This document shows positions 56,721-64,000 of a DNA stretch of 64,000 nt, in pieces (position 1 is the first letter of the stretch; every line of letters begins with the position of its first letter). Origin of the DNA: Candidatus Poseidoniaceae archaeon (lineage in GTDB: Archaea; Thermoplasmatota; Poseidoniia; Poseidoniales; Poseidoniaceae); contig JAOMOG010000005.1 of assembly GCA_028353405.1 (NCBI GenBank), positions 13,763-77,762 of the forward strand, written 5' to 3'. Made by a program: the position numbers and the translations under genes. Under the pieces are notes generated by a model. It made no database searches. It was not told the origin of the DNA and saw only the letters and a program-made list of their open reading frames with translations.

Positions 56721-59402
56721 ATGTCAATTGAAGTAACACTATTCGGGTCCGAGAAAAGGGCCATTCCGCATGGCATTAGTTTGTCTACGCTGCACCACAT
56801 GTGTGCGATAAGGGCAAGGATGTGTTGGGGTCTCTGGAACGAAGGATATCCGATTGCCAGAGTCTTAGACCACTATCCCTCCGGCGAGGAATATACTGTT
56901 ATTCTAGATCATGACTCTCACGCCCGCATCATCAAAAAAGATTTTGCTAGAATTCGTTTAACTGAATTTGACTACCCCAGGCCAACTGAATTAGCGACAT
57001 TTTTGATTGATTTGTTGAGATTGGAAAAAACAGGATTAATAGGTCGTTTCAGCATTTCTTATTCCCAATATGATTTCAGTTTTGAACGGGATAAATATAT
57101 AGGTATCCGTTATGTTTTAATTCCCGATTTAAGTGACATACAAGAAGACTCTGTTGAATTGACTGATCTGTTATCTCTTGCAAAGATAGCAGCAAAGATT
57201 TGTCTGCCTAATCAGGTCAATTCATTCTCGCGATGTAAATCTATTGGAGAGATTCTATCTCTGATTGCAGGTTTGACCTTTCGTAAAGACAATACAACTG
57301 GGGCCGGTAAATTGATTATCAATCTTGATGAGGAAAATCACTCCATGTGGGTTGGATATAACAGCGAGAGATTTAGAATCCGAGCCAATCAACATGGCTA
57401 TTTTATACCGTCAAAGAAGCCTGATCCCAAAGCACATGGTATCGAAATCCCGATTCAAATTTCCCCATATCCCGACCCTAATCTTGTGAATCCTTGGATT
57501 GAAAGAGCGCTTTGTTGGCAAGGGAAAACAAAAATCTGGAATGAGGGTAGTTCTGATGGTACTATTCGCAACTTGGTCGGAACGCTTGCAGCTGAATTTC
57601 GTCATGCTGAAAATTCCTGCTACAAATATGAGGTCGAATCTAATTATGATCTCAAGAAGGGGATTGCCACCATTAGAATCGAGCGTCGTGATGGGAATGC
57701 CAATGCGCATGATTTGTGGGAAGCAGCGGTACGTAACAGAGAAATGGATGTCGCTTTGAATTCATCCGAACGCGTATTTGAATGGAAAGATGGTGATATT
57801 TGGAAGTTGGAAAAAATCCACGAAAAAGATCCGTTCCTTCTAACGATTAAGTCCTCTCCAAAGAACGCCAAATTATCAGATTCAGGATATCTGAAACTGG
57901 CGAGTGTCCCGCAGAGGGCATTGATGACGAGGAAGGAGAAACTAATCAGGTCGGGAGTACGAAAAGAATCGATACGAAACCTACTTCAGCTACAGGTCAA
58001 TACGAGAAATTCGGATGAATGGAGATTGTCTCAAAGACGTAACATCATGGCTCTTCAGGGACCACCTGGGACTGGAAAAACATGGACCGCCTGTCAGATT
58101 GTCAAAGATATTCTCAGGGAAAACCCCTGTGCTAGGATTTTGGTAAGTTCAAAGGAACATCTAGCTCTTGATCATCTTTCGAACCGCATCCGAGAAGCAT
58201 TGGACAATTCTTTTGACGTAGTTCGAATTAATCATCGTGAATCTGATGTAGAACGCGACATTGATTCAGAGGTTTTGCCTGAAGCCATCACCAATCGAAT
58301 CCTCAAGGATATCTCAATTTCCGAGAAGAATATGCGAGAAATCGGTAAGTTGGCTACATGGGTTGAGGACTTGGCTACTCGAACAGCCTCCGTTGTTTGC
58401 ACCACTACCTTAGACCGTACGATGGAGAATTTACAACGTTCTGGCGAGACATTTGATTTCACAATCATAGAAGAAGCAGGGAAATCCTACCCTTCTGAGT
58501 TGATTGGCCCCGTGTCTATTTCAATGAACACCCTGATAATTGGTGACCATCTTCAACTCCCGCCATTTGAATTGCGTGAAATACAGAAAGCGATTGAAGA
58601 TTGTATCAATGATGGGTTGAATAATTGGGATGACCGAGACTTCAGAAATAGTATTGAACGTGAATTGGTAGAGGTGTCAACACACCATGCGAAGCGTAAA
58701 GAATTCAATCCAACTAGTATTTCTGATCAGATTGAAGCATGGCTTCAGCCCTTCCAAACAATTCATATGATTACCAAGGGAGATGTACTCTCCAATCAAT
58801 GGCGGATGTTCCAATCACTATCCGATTCAGTTGGTGAGATATTCTATGGAAAGTCATTCTCCATAAAGAAAATAAATAGTGTTGAGGATGATCAACTACC
58901 AGGTGTCTTTGGAGAATATGCTGAGAGACTTCTAATGGCGGATATTCCAAACGGTACAGAGAGTAATCGCACCAAATCATATTGCAACAAGGCCGAAGCC
59001 AAGTTTGCCGCCAAGCATCTTGAGGAACTTCTCAACAGTGGATGTGATGCCATCGCCATTACTCCATACAAGGGGCAAGTTGATGAAATTCGTGAAAATC
59101 TCCCGAAGAAATATCGCGACAATGTCAGAACAGTAGACGGTTTCCAAGGAAAGGAAGCAGATTTTATTCTCCTCAGTCTTGTACGCAGCAACAAGCGTAC
59201 AGGATCATCCCGGAGATGGGGTTTCTTCCGTGACCCCCGCCGAATCAACGTAGCCCTATCTCGCGCTAGAGAAGGGCTTGTTGTGATTTCATCCATAGAT
59301 CATATCGAGAATACTGATTGGGCGGAGGATGAAGGGCAACTATCAGAGTTCCTTGAATCGGTTCGTAATCAAGGAAAAATAATTCAGGAGGTGAAAAATT
59401 GA
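56721..59402 (+). CDS. Upf1-like SF1B helicase (COG1112-type core) with 446-aa unrecognised N-terminal region
   Basis: Walker A GPPGTGKT (58059-58082, aa 447-454); Ia ILVSSKEHLALDHL; II IIEEAGK; III GDHLQLPP (58542-58565); V TVDGFQGKEADFILLSLVRSN; VI DPRRINVALSRAREGLVVIS. The motifs are near-canonical Upf1/DNA2/NAM7. Confidence 0.85.
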   Translation: MSIEVTLFGSEKRAIPHGISLSTLHHMCAIRARMCWGLWNEGYPIARVLDHYPSGEEYTVILDHDSHARIIKKDFARIRLTEFDYPRPTELATFLIDLLRLEKTGLIGRFSISYSQYDFSFERDKYIGIRYVLIPDLSDIQEDSVELTDLLSLAKIAAKICLPNQVNSFSRCKSIGEILSLIAGLTFRKDNTTGAGKLIINLDEENHSMWVGYNSERFRIRANQHGYFIPSKKPDPKAHGIEIPIQISPYPDPNLVNPWIERALCWQGKTKIWNEGSSDGTIRNLVGTLAAEFRHAENSCYKYEVESNYDLKKGIATIRIERRDGNANAHDLWEAAVRNREMDVALNSSERVFEWKDGDIWKLEKIHEKDPFLLTIKSSPKNAKLSDSGYLKLASVPQRALMTRKEKLIRSGVRKESIRNLLQLQVNTRNSDEWRLSQRRNIMALQGPPGTGKTWTACQIVKDILRENPCARILVSSKEHLALDHLSNRIREALDNSFDVVRINHRESDVERDIDSEVLPEAITNRILKDISISEKNMREIGKLATWVEDLATRTASVVCTTTLDRTMENLQRSGETFDFTIIEEAGKSYPSELIGPVSISMNTLIIGDHLQLPPFELREIQKAIEDCINDGLNNWDDRDFRNSIERELVEVSTHHAKRKEFNPTSISDQIEAWLQPFQTIHMITKGDVLSNQWRMFQSLSDSVGEIFYGKSFSIKKINSVEDDQLPGVFGEYAERLLMADIPNGTESNRTKSYCNKAEAKFAAKHLEELLNSGCDAIAITPYKGQVDEIRENLPKKYRDNVRTVDGFQGKEADFILLSLVRSNKRTGSSRRWGFFRDPRRINVALSRAREGLVVISSIDHIENTDWAEDEGQLSEFLESVRNQGKIIQEVKN

Positions 59403-62233
59403 GTGGGGCTAGCATTATTCTCGAGATTCCAGTAGAGATTCTGCACACTGTTTTCAGAGTGGAGAAAGATGACCCTCTAAAACCAATCATGGATGTCATG
59501 AAATCAAACAAGATGATTGAATCAAACTCACAATCAGTGCATCGATTAGATGCACTCTCTCGATCATCTTCATCAATCTCCAAGATTAATGAATTCCCCA
59601 CACCTGTAATGAGGGATTTATGGAAAGGAAAATATTGGACAATGAGGGAAAAAAGCCTCAGTCTTGATAGTGATATTACGGGTTCTATACATCAATTAGA
59701 GCCGATTCAAAGGTTAGATCTGAATAAACATGAAGGTAAAGTCAAGGATATGGCCGCCCCGTTTCTGGGATGGTTAGCAGGCAAATCACAAATAAATAGA
59801 AAGGATATTCTGAGTCATGTGCGACTTGAGAGTTTGGAGACATTTGGTGAAACCATCTTTTTGAGAACAAAGATATCGCAGAAAGAAGACCGAGCAGGGC
59901 GAAAATTCTGGGTCTATGAAGAAGGGCCTTTTAAGCAATTGATAGGAGATTATATTGATCAAGTACCCGGCTTTGAAATCGATGAGCGGAATGCGACAGA
60001 AAAGATGCATGAGTGGCCATATTCCCCCGAGGTAATGGCTCTTAGAGAACTTAGAAAGAAGGTTAAATTGTCCAAAATTTCAGATGCTAAATTGAGGGGG
60101 AATAAGAATAATTTACAATTAAAGAAAAAGTCTACCAAAGACCAAAATGTAGTTCTTAAAGAGGCAAAAAGTATTCTAAAATCTATCATGGACCAAATAA
60201 ATGAAGATATGCGCCCCCGCCTCAATGAGGTGAAACAAATAGTTGGGTTTCGCCAGGATATGTGGGACGCTGCACAAGTGGTCATCAACTCGGCGGAGAG
60301 GCGAGTATTTGTTCTAACTTCGTTCAGTAACAAAAAATTCTTAGGAGATGTGGCAGATATGTTGGCGGAGGCTTCTGAAAGGAGTAGCCCTGAAATCCTA
60401 CTATCCTTCGGTGAGCCCGACCGTGGCCGTTCTCCAGAGGACATTGAAAAGACGAATCGATATATCTCTACTCTATCTAAGGATAAACGACTCAATTTGA
60501 AAGGTGGAGTTTCTGCGATTCCCACTCATTCCAAGATAATCGTATCCGACACAGGTATGATTTTCCTCTGTTCATGTAACCTTTTTAGCGGTTCTTTTGA
60601 TTCCGGTGTTCTCGAATCGGGACTATTAATCAAGGATGCAGAATGTGCAAGAACACTTATTGAAGCAGTAGATGATGAAAGATGGGTCCCTGAAACTATT
60701 AAAAAACAGTTTGGAGAGTTGTTTTCGCGAATCAAGGATATCAAGGACGACAAATATGGGCTTTTTGAATTAGGAAACAAAATTTCCGAAATAAAAACAA
60801 ATATCAATAAAGGTGAAATTTGGTATGCAATTCCTAAGTTAGAGCGAATGTTATTGGAGATTTCAGAAAGACCGACTTGGTCGTTGATTAGAACACTTGA
60901 GCACCGCCCATTTATGGCGGATTGCATCAAGAAATTCGAGGATCGTTTGGTTATGGGGAGCGATGGATTGAGAAGTAATGGTTTAGATAAAGAATCTATC
61001 AGCGGGATTGTCAAACGTGCATCTAAGAATAATGCTACAGTTCAAATTTGGTGGGGTCGGCATGCACCAAAATCGAAAAGTTATGACGAGGCTGATGCTA
61101 GGGGCAGAAAAGAAGCAAAGAACCGCCTAGAACAATTAAGAGGCCACAAAGGATTATTCTTGATTCCAAGAACTTCCAATGAACCAATGGAAACACATGC
61201 TAAGATGTTTATTGTTGATGATTTAAGGCTGATGATTACTTCGGATAATACACTCTCATTCGGCGATACAGAAACAGAAAGAGGCGATGCGGGTGAATTA
61301 GGAATCGTGGTTGATCACCCGCGATTGGCCATCCAAACAAGAGGTTGTATGGAATTATGGCTTCCAGACGATGCTGTGGTCCCACGAGATAACACGAAAT
61401 GGTGGTCTCTTCTCGGCGAAGGGGTAGGCATGCAAACAGATAATCCGTTTCAAAAAGTTCCACTTATCAATACATTAGATTCGCTGATTGAACGAGTCGA
61501 ATCTAGTAACTTCTTGAAGTCTCGTTGGGAAAGAGAAGTAGAATCCGGTTCGAATGAGATTGAAATATTGAATAAATTGACATTAGGTAATAAATTCGGA
61601 ATTTATTCCATCGCTGAATCCGTGAACTCAGCAGGAAACAAATCACGCTTGTCTGAGGAACAAATAGAAGAAGCTGTGATATCCTTGGCAAAGAAGAAAA
61701 GATGGAATATATCAATCGATGATTCGATTGATAATGCATTGATATCTGCACTAAGCCAATATAAATCAAAGTCTGGAAAACGTCCACATTTCATAATACA
61801 AGGTGGAAGGAATTACGAATTATCTTACAAATCTAAAGAATTACATATGCAATTTGATGAAGATTTTGTTTTACCATATCTAATAAAACACCGAGAGGAA
61901 GTCATCGATGAGTTAAATTCTCTTTTCGGATTCGAAATTGAAGTTTCATGGAGCCTCACAAGCAGTGGTAAAATGATGAATGATTTCTCCAACGCATTCA
62001 GCATCGAGGAAGAAATTACCCCGAAAATATGGGCGGAATCCCTTATTCAATTCATGAATGATCCAGATATTTTTGAATTCATTTCTGACCCATATAATCG
62101 AATGGTTACATCGGAACCTAAATTAAAACTCGGTAAAGGTGAGTTGGCCATATTTGTGGATGAGGAGTGCTATGAGTTCATTGAATGGGAGAAGCGAAAG
62201 GGTCAATTGTATGTACGAAGGAGGAGGGAATGA
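59399..62233 (+). CDS. double-HKD phospholipase-D-superfamily protein (predicted nuclease) with large extra N- and C-terminal regions
   Basis: HKD-1 HSKIIVSD...CSCNLFSG (60527-60550, aa 377). HKD-2 HAKMFIVDD...ITSDNTLSFG (61196-61219, aa 600). No TM segments. TTG start overlaps the helicase TGA (TTGA). GGAGGTGA at 59387-59394. Confidence 0.8.
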   Translation: MSGASIILEIPVEILHTVFRVEKDDPLKPIMDVMKSNKMIESNSQSVHRLDALSRSSSSISKINEFPTPVMRDLWKGKYWTMREKSLSLDSDITGSIHQLEPIQRLDLNKHEGKVKDMAAPFLGWLAGKSQINRKDILSHVRLESLETFGETIFLRTKISQKEDRAGRKFWVYEEGPFKQLIGDYIDQVPGFEIDERNATEKMHEWPYSPEVMALRELRKKVKLSKISDAKLRGNKNNLQLKKKSTKDQNVVLKEAKSILKSIMDQINEDMRPRLNEVKQIVGFRQDMWDAAQVVINSAERRVFVLTSFSNKKFLGDVADMLAEASERSSPEILLSFGEPDRGRSPEDIEKTNRYISTLSKDKRLNLKGGVSAIPTHSKIIVSDTGMIFLCSCNLFSGSFDSGVLESGLLIKDAECARTLIEAVDDERWVPETIKKQFGELFSRIKDIKDDKYGLFELGNKISEIKTNINKGEIWYAIPKLERMLLEISERPTWSLIRTLEHRPFMADCIKKFEDRLVMGSDGLRSNGLDKESISGIVKRASKNNATVQIWWGRHAPKSKSYDEADARGRKEAKNRLEQLRGHKGLFLIPRTSNEPMETHAKMFIVDDLRLMITSDNTLSFGDTETERGDAGELGIVVDHPRLAIQTRGCMELWLPDDAVVPRDNTKWWSLLGEGVGMQTDNPFQKVPLINTLDSLIERVESSNFLKSRWEREVESGSNEIEILNKLTLGNKFGIYSIAESVNSAGNKSRLSEEQIEEAVISLAKKKRWNISIDDSIDNALISALSQYKSKSGKRPHFIIQGGRNYELSYKSKELHMQFDEDFVLPYLIKHREEVIDELNSLFGFEIEVSWSLTSSGKMMNDFSNAFSIEEEITPKIWAESLIQFMNDPDIFEFISDPYNRMVTSEPKLKLGKGELAIFVDEECYEFIEWEKRKGQLYVRRRRE

Positions 62234-62574
62234 TGTCAAGAGGTTCGGGCAAAGGGGGATCATCGCGTGGTCGAGGAAATTCGCGAAGACAGTCAATGTC
62301 CAAATCGCAAAAAGACCAACGATCTAATAGTATGAATCCCAACAACAATACCAACAAAAGTGGAAATGATAATCGTTCCAATCAGATGAATCCGAACAAC
62401 CCTGCTCACGATTCTTCAAGGCAATCCTCTACAAGTTCAGGTCGATGGAGTCAGAGAATGGATGCGAAGAGTGCATCACGAATTCAAACTCACGCTGATA
62501 AAACCGACACAAATCAAGATTTCAAGGCTAGAGCACAATCTGCAGCTGAAAAGAATGAAGATGAAAATAGTTGA
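62233..62574 (+). CDS. small basic Asn/Ser-rich low-complexity protein
   Basis: MSRGSGKGGSSRGRGNSRR..., two RSNxMNPNN motifs, and a C-terminal ASRIQTHADK...ARAQSAAEKN. TGATG overlap with the PLD gene stop. GGAGG at 62223-62227. Alternative ATG at 62230. Confidence 0.5.
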   Translation: MSRGSGKGGSSRGRGNSRRQSMSKSQKDQRSNSMNPNNNTNKSGNDNRSNQMNPNNPAHDSSRQSSTSSGRWSQRMDAKSASRIQTHADKTDTNQDFKARAQSAAEKNEDENS

Positions 62575-62583
62575 TGAAGCTTC

Positions 62584-62756
62584 AGCGATTGTTCATTCCA
62601 TATCTTCAATACTAGTTTAGTATTATCTTTTAGAGTCAAAATGTAGTTGGAATTAGCCCAGCCCCCTGCTAATTTTTCAATACTAAGTAATTCTGACAGA
62701 CCTGTGGCTTCAACAATCGCTGAAGCGTCATCAAGTGATACTTCTGTGTAAGCCAT
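62584..62756 (-). pseudogene. orphaned 5' fragment (58 codons) of the kinase-fold gene, still carrying its start codon and upstream region
   Basis: The predicted peptide MAYTEVSLDD...KIWNEQSL is identical to residues 1-58 of 55552..56469. The frame then reads into island sequence, giving the 80-aa chimeric ORF 62514..62756. Confidence 0.8.
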
Positions 62757-62825
62757 ACAATATCCCTAGTTGCATTTTCTTTTTCTTTTTATCTATTGGA
62801 TATGCTGATATTTCAGAGACGAACC
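62584..62825. repeat. right copy of 242-bp direct repeat
   Basis: See the left copy. It starts 9 nt after the stop codon of the small island gene. Confidence 0.9.
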
Positions 62826-62919
62826 CGCCTTCCAAATCATTTATTTGAATTTAGAATCGCCTTCAAGAGATTTTTTTCCTGCGAAAGAAACAAATGCTAT
62901 CGGGCACGTAGTATACTTC

Positions 62920-64000
62920 ATGAAGAAGAGCATATTATTGAGCTTGCTATTATTAATGTCTGTATTTGTGGGTTGTCTTGGCGATAATGACCCGGTTCTT
63001 GGAATCGGTGGTCAAGTCGATGGCTCTAAAGAGGGCGGAACCTTTAATTGCACTCTACCAAACACAATTTCGACATTCCAATTGGGAACTATTGATGACT
63101 GGGATCCTAATATCGCAGAGTCTCCATTGCCCAATGTTCCTACTAACCTAATGGGAATTGTATTTGTGTCGAAAGATACCGACAGTGTATTTAACGAAGC
63201 TCCTGTTGTACATCATTTCAGTAATCTTGGCGGACAATTAATTGTTGATGCCAAGATAACAATTCAGACCCGTACTATTACTGGCATGACTCCGAATTCA
63301 GATATTCTTCAGTTGATGTTCCACAATGATATGAATCTATACCCAACTTGGAATATTCCGATCGGGCAAACAGCAGATTCTCCATATGGTATGACTGAAG
63401 TTCTGCATCTAGATGAGTTACCAACGAGTGGAGCAGGCGACCTATCTACATTAGTCGCTGGCACTACAAGCCTAACTTCAGCACTAAACACACTCGGATA
63501 TATCGACATAGTCGTTTCAAACGCTCAGCAGGTAGATTATGTTGAACTTGAGTTATGTGTTCGACCCCCACCCCCTCCTTCAGGAGGTTCCTTTGATTGC
63601 CCTGCACCGCACTCAAGTTTCAGTTTCTTTTTAGGGACAAATGACAATTGGGACCCTGCTATTGCAGAATCCCCACTACCCATAGTCACCTCAAACCTTT
63701 TGCAAATTGCAACATATACGAAGGGTACTGATGATGATATGAATGAAGCATCAGTTACTCATCAGTTTGGTAGCATAGCGGCATTTATAATTGTAGATGC
63801 CTCATTGACAATCCAAACACGAACAATTCCAACCGAGGCTCCAAATATTGCCAATCTAATTTTATTATTTAGTGATGACATGACGGCATATCCTCCTTGG
63901 GAGATTTCAATTGGACAAGCAGCAGATGCTCCATCAACGCTGACTGAAACATTACATCTTGATGAATTGCCTACAAGTGGAATGGGAGATTTGTCATTAT
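62920..64000 (+). CDS. predicted lipoprotein with tandem ~183-aa repeat domains (3' end beyond window)
   Basis: My own translation; it is absent from the ORF track because no stop falls in the window. MKKSILLSLLLLMSVFVGC is a lipobox. Repeat 1 starts at 63034 (GGTFNCTLPNT...) and repeat 2 at 63583 (GGSFDCPAPHS...). Shared motifs: WDPxIAESPLP, TIQTRTI, LHLDELPTSG. Confidence 0.6.
   Translation, partial: MKKSILLSLLLLMSVFVGCLGDNDPVLGIGGQVDGSKEGGTFNCTLPNTISTFQLGTIDDWDPNIAESPLPNVPTNLMGIVFVSKDTDSVFNEAPVVHHFSNLGGQLIVDAKITIQTRTITGMTPNSDILQLMFHNDMNLYPTWNIPIGQTADSPYGMTEVLHLDELPTSGAGDLSTLVAGTTSLTSALNTLGYIDIVVSNAQQVDYVELELCVRPPPPPSGGSFDCPAPHSSFSFFLGTNDNWDPAIAESPLPIVTSNLLQIATYTKGTDDDMNEASVTHQFGSIAAFIIVDASLTIQTRTIPTEAPNIANLILLFSDDMTAYPPWEISIGQAADAPSTLTETLHLDELPTSGMGDLSL

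Larger units (their letters stand above)
56539..62583. mobile_element. ~6.0 kb inserted genomic island bounded by direct repeats; no integrase or transposase
   Basis: Bounded by the two repeat copies. Contains only the three-gene helicase/PLD/small-protein operon. Spot counts suggest it is more AT-rich than its neighbours, but I did not measure this. Confidence 0.6.

Noticed and set aside
59959-61014. Two long antisense ORFs (188 and 162 aa) inside the PLD gene
   Set aside because: They are fully embedded opposite a gene with clear catalytic motifs. Their composition is low-complexity and Ser/Leu/Ile/Phe-rich, typical of the antisense frame of an AT-rich gene. They have no start context.
62185-62232. 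Upstream extension of the small island ORF (track start 62185)
   Set aside because: Those 15-16 codons lie entirely inside the 3' end of the PLD gene. The GGAGG motif and the ATGs at 62230 and 62233 fit a coupled restart much better.
56539-62583. Interpreting the island as a restriction-modification or DISARM-like system, which can also contain helicase and PLD genes
   Set aside because: There is no methyltransferase (no DPPY/NPPY or FxGxG motifs) and no DUF1998-like gene among the three ORFs. The helicase core is Upf1-like SF1B rather than SNF2/SF2.
56539-62583. Interpreting the island as an integrated virus or plasmid
   Set aside because: It has only three genes, with no capsid, replication initiator, integrase or partition functions. 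It looks more like a cargo cassette. I cannot exclude a decayed element.
62514-62583. The 80-aa ORF 62514..62756 as a genuine gene
   Set aside because: Its first 58 codons are the duplicated kinase N-terminus. The remainder is read-through into antisense island sequence. I treat it as a pseudogene fragment.
56297-62825. The direct repeat as a pure assembly artefact
   Set aside because: The two copies are not identical: there is one substitution in the coding part and a diverged upstream part. Each also continues into different unique sequence, which is not what a simple collapsed-repeat misjoin gives. This remains a formal possibility for a metagenome assembly, so I list it as the refutation test.
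1-64000. Searched by eye for rRNA, tRNA, CRISPR arrays, transposases, integrases and toxin-antitoxin pairs
   Set aside because: I found no cloverleaf-like GTTCGAATC/T-loop contexts in the intergenic regions. There are no regularly spaced short repeats, no DDE or tyrosine/serine recombinase motifs, and no paired small ORFs of TA type. A tRNAscan or Infernal run would be needed to be certain.

Overview
The window looks like a chromosomal segment of an uncultured marine planktonic archaeon. My guess is Thermoplasmatota, Marine Group II/III-like, but I could not run a search to confirm it. Archaeal markers include the ribosomal protein LX - prefoldin alpha - FtsY cluster, GGGP synthase, geranylgeranyl reductase and a beta-CASP RNase. 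Bacterial- or eukaryote-type genes are also present: UvrA, an RluD-like pseudouridine synthase, type II glutamine synthetase, and membrane desaturase and AlkB-like enzymes. There are many secreted or anchored peptidases (two M28, one S8, one S15) and Ca-binding thrombospondin-type-3 repeat proteins. Most of the window is ordinary housekeeping sequence, densely coded on both strands. I saw no rRNA, tRNA, CRISPR array, transposase or integrase.

The main finding is a ~6.0 kb insertion at 56539-62583. It is bracketed by 242-bp direct repeats that duplicate the 5' end and upstream region of a kinase-fold gene. It carries only three translationally coupled genes:
- an 893-aa protein with an unrecognised 446-aa N-terminal region fused to an Upf1-like SF1 helicase core;
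- a 944-aa protein with two HKD (phospholipase-D nuclease type) motifs;
- a ~113-aa basic, Asn/Ser-rich low-complexity protein.

The closest described architecture I recognise is type I Mokosh (COG1112 helicase plus PLD nuclease). This version shows no kinase motifs, has large unassigned domains and a third gene, sits in an archaeon, and is on an integrase-less island.

Secondary items:
- a MamK-like actin / coiled-coil / DUF4126 gene cluster;
- a possible ferredoxin-flavoprotein-desaturase operon;
- a ZIP transporter / NikR-like divergent pair with an inverted-repeat candidate operator;
- a PurS-like extension on PurL;
- a stand-alone NERD-domain gene.
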